Positions 1 through 23,894 of a stretch of DNA of 64,000 nt are shown in pieces (position 1 is the first letter of the stretch; each line of letters opens with the position of its first letter). The translations under genes were made by a program, and so were the position numbers. This DNA comes from the human T2T-CHM13v2.0 reference genome, Homo sapiens: NCBI RefSeq assembly GCF_009914755.1, contig NC_060940.1; one strand, given 5' to 3'. The notes beneath the pieces were generated by a model. It made no database searches. It was not told where the DNA came from and saw nothing but the letters and a program-made list of their open reading frames with translations.

Positions 1-36
1 GCCCAGCCGGAGTTTGGAATATTTTCATAACACTTA

Positions 37-379
37 CTGGTGAGCATCCCTAATCTGAAAATCCTAAATCTAAAATGCTCCAAAATTTGAAACTTTTTGA
101 GCACCAGTATGATGCCCCAAGTGGAAAATCCCACACCCGACCTCATGTGATGAGTCCAAACTGTTGTATGCCCAAAATTATTTAAAATATTGCATAAAAT
201 GACCTTCAGGCTATGAATAGAAGGTGTCTATGAAACATAAGTGAATTTCGTCTTTAGACTTGGGTCCCATCCCCCACATATCTCATTTTATATATATGCA
301 AGTATTCTCAAATCCAAACATATACAAAGTCTGAAACACTTCTGGTCCCAAGCATTTTGAATAAGGGATACTGAACCTG
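37..379. mobile_element. Tigger4 (Zombi)-type TcMar DNA transposon remnant
   Basis: Degenerate terminal inverted repeats (ctggtgagcatccct...agggatactgaacctg) flanked by TA; internal sequence resembles the recalled Tigger4b consensus. Confidence 0.75.
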
Positions 380-382
380 TAG

Positions 383-2443
<2,061 letters not shown>

Positions 2444-2627
2444 TGTGGCTGTTTTCTTACTGTAGCGATAGACGAGGAGTTGCTGCATTGCATAGAGATG
2501 CTATATTGCACGCAAAGGCTTTACTGACTTCACAAAAAAGTATTTGTCCCAGGTGTAGTGTACTAGATCCCTTCCAATCTGTAATTTTAATTTAAAAATG
2601 TCCAAATACCCCTGTTTTGAAGGATAA

Positions 2628-2885
<258 letters not shown>

Positions 2886-2913
2886 TAGATTTTGAAGATG
2901 TATGTTGATTTAA

Positions 2914-3132
<219 letters not shown>

Positions 3133-3372
3133 TAACAGATATTATATAGTATTAACCATTCCTAACTTTGTTAATTTGCCTTTATAATTTGAGAAGAAGA
3201 AATGTGGATTACAAAAAATTTAAAAAAATGTGGATTATAGAGGTGAGGTAGAGCAGCTTCTTTATTGTCAAACACCTTATAATTTGGTTTTATTATTTAA
3301 TCTAGGCTTTCTTATTCTTTCTGAAAAGAAATACATGAAAAACCTCAATCCCCCACGCCCAGTGTTTCATAG

Positions 3373-4050
<678 letters not shown>

Positions 4051-4090
4051 CTCTTTGCTATTATCATGCTGCGTTGGGAGGTTTTCTTAA

Positions 4091-4546
<456 letters not shown>

Positions 4547-4852
4547 TAGTATTAGAAAAATGTTTTGAAGTGATTGTCACATTTTTAAGCTAACGTGAAT
4601 GTTTATAGTTTACATATACTTTTACATTTTCTCTCAGAAAAAGTTTTGTGTGATGACCCATCAGTTACATTACGTGGGTTTTGTTGAATGTGTCATTTTT
4701 CCAAATGTGACAGTCAATGAGGATTCTGGACAAGAACAGTGCCTAGTCTATAGTAGGCACTCACTCTTTGTTGAATGAATGAATGGATTCAGATAATTAT
4801 GACAAACTGGGATATAATTTCTTTTGGCCAGCTGAAAGTAACTGTCTTTTAA

Positions 4853-5328
<476 letters not shown>

Positions 5329-5482
5329 TAATGAGCTTTATAGGCTCACAATAATTAGTATAGAATAACTCATGTAGTGCCAAAATATGTTTCTTAGTAG
5401 CTCAGATATTTGAAAAACTAAACAGTAATCTTTTATTGTTTTTGATCAAGTTGATTTGGGAGCTTTTAAGAGCCTAAACTTG

Positions 5483-5586
5483 ATCCTTTTGTAATAGATA
5501 AGCATAATGATTGGGTTTTTATGTTCACATGTTTGATATGCCTCCCTCAAATCCTCTTATGATGTCGGCACATGACCCATCTGAGG
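5483..5586 (+). ncRNA. Retroposed U13 (SNORD13-like) snoRNA pseudogene in an SMG1P intron
   Basis: ATCCTTTTGTA...ATGATTGGGT...GGCACATGACCCATCTGA resembles human U13; short A tail; degenerate TSD aagagcctaaacttg / aaggatctaaagttg. Confidence 0.8.
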
Positions 5587-5716
5587 TGAATAAAAAAAGG
5601 ATCTAAAGTTGTAATCACATCTCTGTATCCATTTGAAAGTCTCAATTTTACTATATTTTTACCTCCAGTGAGTTAATAAGTAAATAATCCACTTACAGTA
5701 TGTGCTAACCTTTTAA

Positions 5717-5902
<186 letters not shown>

Positions 5903-6231
5903 TAAGACATTTCTTTGACTATTTTATCTGGGAAAGAAAATTTTAAGATTCCCTTGACTTTACATGCAGTTTTGAAGAGAAAATATGTTTGGGGGTGGCA
6001 GAGTATCAAGTAACATTCTTCTCATATGGGTTATTTCAGTTTTCATCAATAGGAAAATTGCTTTGAAGATAGCATCTGTAGAAACAAAAATGGGCTTTGA
6101 AATTGAGTAATGAAATGTGGTTAACAGTTAACTGATGTGATGTCATTAACACTTTGGGGAGTGGGGTGGGGGTGGAGATATTCTAGAGATGCTTAGTTGC
6201 ATTGAATGAGTTTCATTCCTGACTGGCATGA

Positions 6232-6726
<495 letters not shown>

Positions 6727-7011
6727 TAAAGATTTGAGGGTATATGATTTTTTTTGAAAAAAGTCAATAATTTTCAGGTTTGTTTGTTAGAATAAGCTTT
6801 CATTGAATAATTGCATTGGAAATATGTTTGTTTTTTTTCCAAAACTTATGGGAGTTGTGTGGAAAAAATATATATTTTTTTCCCCTAAAATGAAAGATCT
6901 TTCATGTTGGGATTTTTTATTTTTAAATGATGGGTAGACAGAGGATACTTGATAAATGTGAATTGGTCATAAAAAACTCACACTTATTCTAGGAACTTTT
7001 AAGATTTTTAA

Positions 7012-7344
<333 letters not shown>

Positions 7345-7380
7345 TGAGACATCCTTACCTACAAATTGAACCAGTCCTGA

Positions 7381-7584
<204 letters not shown>

Positions 7585-7894
7585 TGAAATTCATTTTAAG
7601 TCTGTTAATAAGAAAAACATGGTTTAATTCCTTTGGTATGATTTAATCTATGGATAAAATAAGTTAAAGCTTGGATTCATTTTCAAAGGTTTTGATCCTG
7701 TATTTTGTAAAAGCAACAACTGCCAGAGTTACCTATTTTATTCGTGTTAAAACAGTGTTAGAAGTCAAAATAATGTTCATGTTTTTGTTCATGTTAAAAC
7801 AATATTCATGTTAGAACACGTTAAAACTCTATTTCTTCCGTGCAAAGTTTAGAACTTTAAAGGTAATTCTGAAAATTTGTTTATGGGGGAAAAT

Positions 7895-8190
7895 TTTTAT
7901 TTATTTATTTATTTTTTTGAGACACAGTTTCACTCTGTCGCCCAGGCTGGAGTGCAGTTGTGCGATCTCGGCTCACTGTAAGCTCCGCCTCTCGGGTTCA
8001 AGCCTCTTCTTGCCTCAGTCCCTGGGATTACAGGCACCCACCACCATACCCGGCTAAGTTTTGTATTTTTAGTAGAGACAGGGTTTCACCATGTTGGCCA
8101 GGCTGGTCTCGAACTCCTGACCACAAGTGATCCGCCCACCTCGGCCTTCCAAAGTGCTGGGATTACAGGCATGAGCCACTGCACCTGGCC
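7895..8190 (-). mobile_element. Alu (AluS-type)
   Basis: Antisense Alu with T-rich tail. Confidence 0.9.
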
Positions 8191-8658
8191 AGGAGAAATT
8201 GTTTTTATAACGTATGACAAATGCTTGAGTAATTCCTGGATTGAAAGTGGGCTCACAATAAATAACTGGAATCCAAAAATAACAAAATGTTTAGCAATTC
8301 AGGTAATGTCAAGCAGTATTCAAACACATGAAGTTAATCATTCCTTAATTCCTGTTTATTTATATTTCATTTTTGCTTTCTTTTTACTCCATGTGTTATT
8401 CCTACAGAGGTCACAGGTTAAATGTTTTTGGGTAACTTTGGGGTGGGGGTACAAACATCCATGTGCTGCTAAGGTTCTGTTAGTCACCCTTTGTGGCTAT
8501 TTTATATGTAACATTTTAAAGAATTCTGAGCTAAATAATGTGAAAATTGTGACAATAATTGTTAAATACATTTGGCTTTAAGCAGGCACAGACTGTGATC
8601 AGTTGTAAATTTTATAGGGATTTATGTTTTAATGGTATTGGGTGACTAACTTTTCTGA

Positions 8659-8826
<168 letters not shown>

Positions 8827-9487
8827 TAGGTTGGAGGGAAGGAAATGGGTGATAGAATTACTTTATGTTTAAGTTCTTTGTATTACTCACTGACATTGTA
8901 GCCAAATCTTAAAACAGCTTTGTTTGCTTTCAGCATTGAAGCTTGCTATAAATCCCTTCACCAGGAGGCATCTTCAGTTTGTTCTTCAGTTAGCAGCAAT
9001 ACTGGAGTGCCTTTCTTATTTAAGAATTAGTGGCAAATCACACTGTAAAACAAGACCTGTCAGTTGTTTTATAAATGCTTTTGAACTTGATCCCTAGTTG
9101 AGCTCCTTCCCCCTCAGAGTCTGATACAAATTACCCTTTATTGTCAGAGTATTTGCTCGTTAGTCCTGTGAACTCTACATTCAGACTCATTGCTTCCTCC
9201 GGGTAGAGGAGCTTGTACCATAATATTCTGTGTCCATTTATGTTAGTTTAATGAAATCTTGCGAACTTAGGAAAATAAAAGAACTGCTCATACTTCCATA
9301 TCTTTGTAGTAACTTCTGTTGTGTGTCCTTTTGTAGTCCCATATTTCCATATCCATACGCTTTGTAATTCTTTTTTCTTTCATGTCGTTTTCTCCATTCT
9401 TCACCAAAACATCAGCGTACATAGGCACATGGTTTTATGATCTGTTTTTCCCACTCAATATTTAAAAAAACAAAATTTGCCATGTTA

Positions 9488-9794
<307 letters not shown>

Positions 9795-9814
9795 TTAGAT
9801 AAATAAAGAAATAA

Positions 9815-10054
<240 letters not shown>

Positions 10055-10094
10055 TAGGTTTCTGTGCTCTTTGAAATATTTCTAATTGATCTGA

Positions 10095-10331
<237 letters not shown>

Positions 10332-13127
10332 TAAGGCTTTCTGTTTCCAGTTATAAAACAAATTTCCAATAACTATGATGTTTTTCCTATGGCAAAAAAA
10401 ATATTAAAATTGGTCATATGCAGTAATACTCAAAATGGTTATATTTCTAACTTACTGCCATTATGAAAATGACAACAGGAAACTGACATCAGAGATGAGG
10501 GAAGGTATTTGTATAATGGGAAAACACTGCTGAGATAGTCATTTGGTATTAATTTTCAGAACCTGTCGTTCTAAAACCTTAATACAGTTTGAAGATTATG
10601 CCAGAGTGAATATAAAGAAAAATTTGTACTGCTTTAGAAAGAATCACATTTGATGGCTTTGTTTCGAAATGAGGTCTGAATATATCAAAAACATTTATTC
10701 TAATGAGGACAGAGTTTGTGAACATCTGTAAATTAAACTTTCTTCTCATTCCTCTGTGCTTTTATTAATTCTGTAATTCAAAACTGAGCACTCACTCTGT
10801 TGCAGACACTTGGCTGGGAAGATAAAGGTCATTAGACTTTGTCTGATACCCTTGCCTTCTACTGCTAAATGGGTTAATGTGTAATTGCTTCACTGAGCAT
10901 GTGCTGTGACCCAGGCAGCACATAAAACAGACACAAATTCCAACCTTTTAAAGCAAAGATTAGATAAAGATTATTGATAGAAGGACTAATTGGACCTCAC
11001 TCACCTTTTCTGTGCCATAAGGAAAGCAGTTAGGTAAAGCTGACCTTCTTTGGAGGGAAGACACAAGGTCAAGACATGCCCATCAGGATGCCCTTTGGGC
11101 CTAGACCTGATGTGAGAATGATGGGCTTGGAGTGTTCTGGAAATAGCTGGGAGGCCTGTGTGTTTAGGAGCGCCTTAAACAGTAGGATATAAGGGCAGAG
11201 AAGTAGCTGGGAACTGAGAAAAGAACTTTGGCTGTTATTCTAGTAAGACTGAAAATTTCAGGTGGGATTTGAACAGAGTTGTGTTGTGATCTGACTTGGT
11301 TCATTCTGCTGTGGTGAAGAGACTGGAGGTGCGGGGCAAGTATGGAAGCATGGAGACCATTAATTTATGGGGGCAATGGTAGAGGGAAGAGAAACAATGC
11401 TATTAACTGGAGTAGGAGCACACAGAGAACAAGCCATGTTTTAAGATTTCTAATGAAATGTGCAGATGAGATTGTTGGGTAAGCTGTTAAGAATTGGATT
11501 TTGAACTAAGGAGACAGTCTAAGCTTGAGAGATTTGCAGATGATTAGTACACAGAAAAGGCCCTCTTTCCTTTTCAGTCTCTATACTCTAGAGCCTTTGT
11601 AAGCAACCAAACCAGAGAGAAGCCTCTGGAGAATAGTGAGTGAAGAGGAAGGAAGGCCTGGGTCAGAATCCTAGTTTAGCATTTTTGTGAAAGGATAGAA
11701 GAGGAAGCCATTCAAAAAAATACAGGGACATTGAGAAGGGAAGTGCCCTAGATATAGGACATCCAGATGGGAGTAGTCAGCCTTGTCAGATGCTCTAGGG
11801 ATTATAAGGAAAAAGAGTTTTGTAGAGAGACAGAAGAAGCTAGATTGAATAGTATTGAGTGGTAGAGACATTTGAAAATGAAAAGCTTGAGGTAAGTTAT
11901 TTGGTCAGTGAGTTTTTCTTGAAGTCGAGGATAGGAAGCTGTTGCTGGAGGGAAATATGAGATGTTTATTTTAAATGTTGGAGAGATTATGTTCTTTTGG
12001 CCAAGGGGAAGGAGCCACTAGAAAGCAGAGGTTGAAGAAACAGGAGAAAGAACATTGATAGATTAACTGGCCCTCACCTTTTCTCTGCCTCAAGGAAAGC
12101 AGTCAAAGTTGGTATAGACAGAATTTCGGCAGTGTATGGTGGATTGGGGGTAGGGGTAGAGGAAATTAAAGCCTGTGTTTTTTTGTTTATTTGTTTGTTT
12201 TTTCTGAGGACTGAGTCATTAGCTGAAAGCATAGGGCATTATAGAGCATAGTGGGGACTTGGGGAACCTGCCACTGGAGAGGACTTAGGACCTTTTAATG
12301 GCAGAAATGATGACTGTGTTGGCAGCGGTTCATCAGTGCCCAGTACTCAAGGGTCCCCCTGAGAAGCCAGTGGTTGCACTGATCTAGGTAGAATCAGGCA
12401 CAGAATAAGTCAGGTGATGTGCCTTTCTAGCACTGGCCTCAGGCTGAGTTATAAGGGAAGTTACACAGCGAGAGGGACAGGCAAAGATGGAAAAGAGAGA
12501 GAGTGAGAAACAGTGTCTTCTTCCTGGCTGGAGAGCCCGTGTCATGAAAATGGGGACAGGGTAAGGGATCTGAAAGGAGCAGCATAGAAGCTGGGAGGAT
12601 GAGGCCTGTCTTCCTGGCATTGATGCTGCAGAACTACAGGAAAGAATTTCAGAGGTGTCATTATTTTTCATATAAGCAGATGAAAGAGAAGAATTCTTTG
12701 AAAAAAGAAAAGTAGGTGAAAAAGGGAGAGACGGAGGGATGCCAGCAGTGAAAGAAGCCAGGACTGAGATACAAGATTGTGATGCTGGGAGAGCTGTGCA
12801 AGGGCTCATGCTGTAGGTGAGGAGTGAGGCTGCACAGGGAGCTCACTGGCAGCTTGGAGAGAACTGGGTGTCAAAGTTGTCCTGCAGAGGTCTACTGTCA
12901 GTGTGTCAGGCTCTGAAGAGAACAGGCTGCAACACATGAAAACAGGAAGGAGACACAGGGGCGAGTCAGCTCCACTGAAAGTCTGTAGCTGTGACTTTCT
13001 GGTTTGCCACTCCAATTTGAGTACTAATTAAGTGGTAGTCACATCTTCAACATAAAAACCAAAATAATGGCATCCTCGTGGAAGGAATTTTGTCAGAAAA
13101 GTGCTGTGTACTTTGCTGTCTTCCTAG

Positions 13128-13340
<213 letters not shown>

Positions 13341-13757
13341 TAGTTTTAAAGTTATTTTAGTGGACAAGTTGCTCAAAATGTTTGGCTTAGTATATTTTAC
13401 TGGAAAATCTGGAAGTTATTTTACATTTTTGTGGGGGCAGAATCCCATGTGAAGCAACAAATTTAGGGCTGCCCTATTTATGTTTGATTTGGGAAATGAA
13501 AAGCACTTAAAATTAAGTCAAATAAAAAAAATGACCACCTTAATACTTTGAGATTTATCTAGCCATTTTGTTTGATAAAGGACAAAGTAGTGTTTCAGCT
13601 AAATATTTTTCTTGATTTTCATCTTGATGTGGCTCGTTAATTAAGTTCTTTATCACAAATGGAACACTTGATAAGATGTTATTAAAAAGTTTAATGAGTA
13701 TTCTGGATTGAGCAAGATTTGCTAATGCAGGTCTAGATTTGTCCCCTTAAATAGTAG

Positions 13758-14067
<310 letters not shown>

Positions 14068-14302
14068 CTCGACTTACTGATTTTTGAGCCTTTGAAGGCA
14101 ACTGCTTTTTAGGGGTCTGAGGTACAGTAATTTTGTATGAAGTATGATTTTTATATAGCTCTCAGTAATGCTTATAGTGTTTAACTGCCTGAAATATTAA
14201 AGGAGCTGTTCATTGGTGATTAGTTTTTAATAATGCCAAACATAAATCAAAATTTATAATAAAAGCACATTAACTTAATGACATTTCATTTAACTTCTGT
14301 AG

Positions 14303-14451
<149 letters not shown>

Positions 14452-14810
14452 TAAGTTTACTCTTACGGAGGTAAATGTACATTGTGTATATCATGTGATA
14501 AACATACATGGGGTGAAGAGGGCTGGAAGGAGAGTTACTAGATTACTAAATACTAGTGCTAATAGCTTCATTTTAGTTGTAGAAGTCATATGATATATGA
14601 ATGCTGCTTGCCAACAAAAACTGAGGTTGAAATGAAATAAAATGTAAAAATCCCCAAAAGCAAATGTCTTGACTTGCTGATACCATTTTATTATAGAGCA
14701 GGCTGCTCCTCTTACTGCCCCCTAACTTTGGATGTCAATTTGATAGCATCTTATCAATTGCTTTATTCTTTGAGTGGTTATGAATTGTAATTTTTATTAA
14801 TTGACAGTAA

Positions 14811-15020
<210 letters not shown>

Positions 15021-15690
15021 TAATGGTCATTACTGTAGAACAAAGACCTTATTTTTTGAGTTTTTTGGAATAGGATTTGTAGTTGGGCAAGCTGGTAAAT
15101 CCAGAAATCTAACATGCTGTTTTCAGGCAGTCTTTCATTTGGGAAGTACATGGGGCAGATGGAAGAACCTGAGATAATCGCAAGGATGGCAAATTGCTCA
15201 GTTTTTTCTTCTATTTTTGGGGTGGGAGGTGGTGTATGTAAAGACAGTTCCTTTAGGCAGATCACGTAAATTTTAGATTTGCTGCAAACAAAGATCTCTC
15301 CTCTTCATCCTAAATGGGGTAAAGTTCGACCAGAGATGGGGGCTTCTGAATGAATGGTGATCTTCGAGAACTTCATAATAAAGCATTAGTTGTAATGTTT
15401 TTCTGCAGTCTGCTTTATAGTAAATGTGCTGTGACTTTTTTTTTTGTAATGTGCTTTATTAAGTATATTGATAAATTAGACTTAATATTCTGAAGAAGAT
15501 TTCCCTTCAAAACAAAAGGCTTTCTCTTACTGTGTGCTTGCCTCTTGTGAGTAGAAGATAAATGATGTAAGGGTATAGTGTAATAGATAAAACTACTGCA
15601 ATCAATCTGAAGTAGCCAAACTATATTGCAGTCTTGGACTTAAGACTTGCTATATATCTGCAAACATATCAACAGCCTGTTTTACGTTGA

Positions 15691-15873
<183 letters not shown>

Positions 15874-15889
15874 TAAAGGTGGTTTTTTT

Positions 15890-16620
15890 TTTTAAATTTT
15901 GCTTTATTGAGGTTTATATTACACATTCTAAGTGTATGGTTTGATGAGTTCTAACATGTCTTCACTTGTGTGACCACCAATACGATCGAGATAGAGAACA
16001 GCGTCTTACCCCAGAAGGTTCCCTTGGGATCATCTCCTCATTTGCCCCTGTCAGCAGTTACTGATTTGCTTTCTGTCACTATGGATTAGACTTGTCTTTA
16101 CTAAAGTTTCATGTACGTGAAATCATAACAACATGTTCTCTTGTGTTTGGCTTCTCTTGCTCAGCATGATATTTTTACGGTTCACCCATATTGCATGTAT
16201 CAGGAATATAATCCTTTTTATTATTGAGTAGTGTTCTATTGTATGTATATACCACAGTTTATTTCTCCCTTCATCCTTTGCTAGATTTTGGGGTTTTTTC
16301 ACATTGCGCTATTCAGTATAAACCTGCTCTCAACATTCATGTGCAAGTCTTTGAGTGGACATATATTTGCGTTTCTCTTGAGTGAATGCACCTTGTTGGG
16401 TCACGTGGCTTAACTTAAAAAAATTTTAATCACTGTGGTGCATATGTAGTGATTATTAGTGATTATCTCATAATTTTATTTTCTTGTTTAATGATGTTGA
16501 GTGTATTTCATTTGTATTTTAGTTTGCAAATGTTTGTTCAAATTCTTCACCTGTTTTTAATGAAGACGTACGACTTATTTTTGTGTTCTGAACATAAGTT
16601 CTTTGTCACATAAAATGTGC
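15890..16620 (-). mobile_element. Ancient L1M 3' fragment
   Basis: Antisense L1M 3' end motifs (gctttattgagg..., gtagtgttctattgtatg...accacagtttattt). Confidence 0.6.
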
Positions 16621-17378
16621 TATGAATGTTGAGTTTTAAATACTCCAAATGAATGGCTAGAGAATTACTATTTGTAGAAATATTTATATGTCAAAGGGAT
16701 GCTAACAATTTACTTTATTGCTCTAAAATAGAAAAGTTGCCAGAATGCTGTGGAGTTTTAGTGGAAAACATGATAGCTGGTGTTACTGAGTAAATTTGAG
16801 TGTTAAATGTCAATGTAAGCTAACGGCCAAGATAGGGACCACTGCAGGGTGGTTACTTGCAGCTATGACTCAACTGGTCCTTCACTGCCAAACATACCTG
16901 GGGTTGGATCATTGGCCTGACGTTTGCAAATTGAGGAACCTTAGGGCAAATCAATGAACTTCTGAACTGCCTTCGTCTTCAGTTATATGGGGATTTCCCC
17001 ACTTTTGAGGTACTTGTAAGGATTATATGAGATGAAGAGATGAGACAAGGTATATAAAAGTCCTAGCACAGAGCGTGTCATATAATATGGCTTCACAAGT
17101 ACCCTCATCTCCTTTCCAGTCGTTTTTTGTTTTTGTTTTTGTTTTTTTGAGACCATCTCACTCTGTTGCCCAGGCTGGAGTGCCTCTTCATTTTTATTTC
17201 TTTATTCAGCAAGTATTGATCAAATGTGCTTTGTACCAGGTACTGAGCTCTTCGTTGGGATATAATGGTGATCAAGGAGATTGTAGATTCTGGCAGGGAA
17301 AACTGACATCAAACACGGCGACCCGACATAGTGAGACCCTGTCTCTACTAGAAGAACTTTAAAAATCACCTAGGTGTG

Positions 17379-21514
<4,136 letters not shown>

Positions 21515-22220
21515 CTAAGCCCATTCATCCAGATCATTCATCACCTTTAAAGGCATCCCCAGAGGGAGGCAGGTCTGGACAGAGCTGAAGATTGCACAGG
21601 CCATTTGCAGGCTGGATTAGTTCTGTGGTGACCCACCTGTCTGACTCGAGTTATTTTTTTCCCATGTCTGGACAAGACTGACCTCTGCCCAGCAACTCAG
21701 GCCTGGATTTAGTCCAAGGGCCCTCAGTGGCTTTTTTGTTTGTTTGTTTTTTCAGGAAGTGAAGAATTTAGAGGGATAAAAGGCGGAAATAACTTTTCAG
21801 CCTCTGACCTTTGTAACAATCTAGTTTCCTTTTAAAGGAGCATTGTTTGGGCCTGGGGCCACCTAGACCTTCTGATGCTCTTTCCCCACCCTTGGAGGAG
21901 GAGGAAAGGAAGAAAATGGGCCCTGAGCGATCACCACATACCAGGCCCTGGGGGTCTAGTGGCGAAGGAGGCAGGTAGGGTCTCTTGCTTTCATGGAGCT
22001 TCTAGTCAAGCGAGACGCACTAAACAGTAAAGGGACAAATAGGATTACTGGAGGTAGCCCTAACTACTGGGACAGAAACAAGATGGTAAGATAGAGAAGG
22101 AAGAGTGGCCTGCTCAGATGGGGTGGTCCAGAGGCCTCTCGGGGGAGGTGACTCCTTTTTATTTTATTTTTTTTGAGATGGAATCTAGCTCTGTCGCCCA
22201 GCCTGAAGTGCAGTCGTGTG

Positions 22221-22677
22221 TTTCATGCGCGTCCGTGTGAAGAGACCACCAAACAGGCTTTGTGTGAGCAACATGGCTGTTTATTTCACCTGGGTGCAGG
22301 CGGGCTGAGTCCGAAAAGAGAGTCAGCAAAGGGTGGTGGATTATCATTAGTTCTTACAGGTTTTGGGATAGGGGGTGAAGAGCCATGTTTTGCAGGCAGG
22401 GGTGGATCTCACAAAGTACATTCTCAAGGGTGGGGAGAATTACAAAGAACCTTCTTAAGGGTTGGGGAGATTACAAAGTACCTTCTTAAGGGTGGGGGAG
22501 ATTACAAAGTACATTGAAGAGTTAGGGTGGGGCAGAAACAAATCACAATGGTGGAATGTCATCAGTTAAGGCTATTTTTACTTCTTGTGTGGATCTTCAG
22601 TTACTTCAGGCCATCTGGATGTATACGTGCAAGTCACAGGGGATGCAATGGCTTGGCTTGGGCTCAGAGGCCTGACA
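22221..22677 (-). mobile_element. Solo LTR7 (HERV-H LTR) inserted in an antisense Alu
   Basis: Reverse complement starts TGTCAGGCCTCTGAGCCCAAGC and ends CACACGGACGCGCATGAAA; 5-bp TSD GTGTG at 22216-22220 and 22678-22682. Confidence 0.9.
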
Positions 22678-22847
22678 GTGTGATCTTGGCTCACTGCAAA
22701 CTCTGCCTCCTGGGTTCAAGCAATTTTTGTGCCTCAGCTTCCCGAGTAGCTGGGATTACAGGTGCCCGCCACCATGCCCAGCTAATTTTTGTATTTTTAG
22801 TAGAGACATAGAGTTTCACCAGATTGGCCAGGCTGGTCTCGAACTCC

Positions 22848-23307
22848 TGTCTCACGTGTCTGTGTGAAGAGACCACCAAACATGCTTTGTGTGAGCAACA
22901 TGGCTGTTTATTTCACCTGGGTGCAGGCGGGCTGAGTCCGAAAAAGGAGTCAACAAAGGGTGGTGTGATTATCACTGGTTCTTATAGATTTGGGAATAGG
23001 CGGTGGAGTTAAGAGCAGTGTTTTGGGGGCAGGAGGTGGATCTCATAAAGTACATTGTCAAAGGTGAGGAGAATTACAAAGAAACTTCTTAAGGGTGGGG
23101 GAGATGATAAAGAACCTTCTTAAGAGTGGGGCAGATTACAAAGTACATTGATCAGTTAGGGTGGGGCAGAAACAAATGACAATGGTGGAATGTCTTCAGT
23201 TAAGGCTGTTTTCACTTCTGTGGATCTTCAGTTGCTTCAGGCCATCTGGATGTATACGTGCAGGTCACTGGGATATGATGGCTTAGCTTGGACTCAGAGG
23301 CCTGACA
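22848..23307 (-). mobile_element. HERV-H 3' LTR (LTR7 family)
   Basis: Second diverged LTR7 copy; preceded on the - strand by polypurine tract AAGAAGACAGGAA. Confidence 0.88.
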
Positions 23308-23894
23308 TTCCTGTCTTCTTATGTTAATAAGAAAAATAAAACAAAATAGTGGTAAAGTGTTGGGGTGGCGAAAATTTTTGGGGGTGATATGGAGAGATAA
23401 TGGGCGATGTTTCTCAGGGCTGCTTCGAGTGGGATTAGGGGCGGCATGGGAACCTACAGTGGGAGAGATTCAACTGAAGAAAGATTTTGGGGTAAGGGCT
23501 GATACTGTGGGGTTGTTAGAAGGAGCATTTGTCATATAGAATTATTGGTGATGGCCTGAATATGGTTTTGTATGAATTGAGAAACTAAACAGAAGACACA
23601 CGGTCCGAATAAGAGAAGGAGAAAAACAGGTATTAAAGGACTAAGAATTGGGAGGACCCAGGACATCCAATTAAGAGAGTGCCCAAGGGGGTTCAGCATA
23701 ATTATTTGCTTGGTTGGCAAGTTTTTGGACTCTATCCTTGAGTTTTTTTATGTTGTCATATACCAGGCCAGATTGATTTAGGTAAAAACAACACTCTTCA
23801 TTTAAAAATATACAGAGTCGTCCTTTTTCAGCAATGAGTAAATTGAGGCCTTGGCGATTTTGGAGGAAAGAGAATTGCAAAGCCAGCAATTGTT
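23308..23894 (-). pseudogene. HERV-H env TM remnant
   Basis: ORF 23671-23889 has an immunosuppressive-domain-like motif and CX6CC (LQNRQGLNLLIAEKGRLCIFLNEECCFY); the membrane anchor (WVLPILSPLIPVFLLLLFGPC) is in another frame. Confidence 0.88.

Noticed and set aside
23532-23889. Functional syncytin-like env
   Set aside because: Only a TM fragment remains; it is frameshifted and lacks SU and signal peptide
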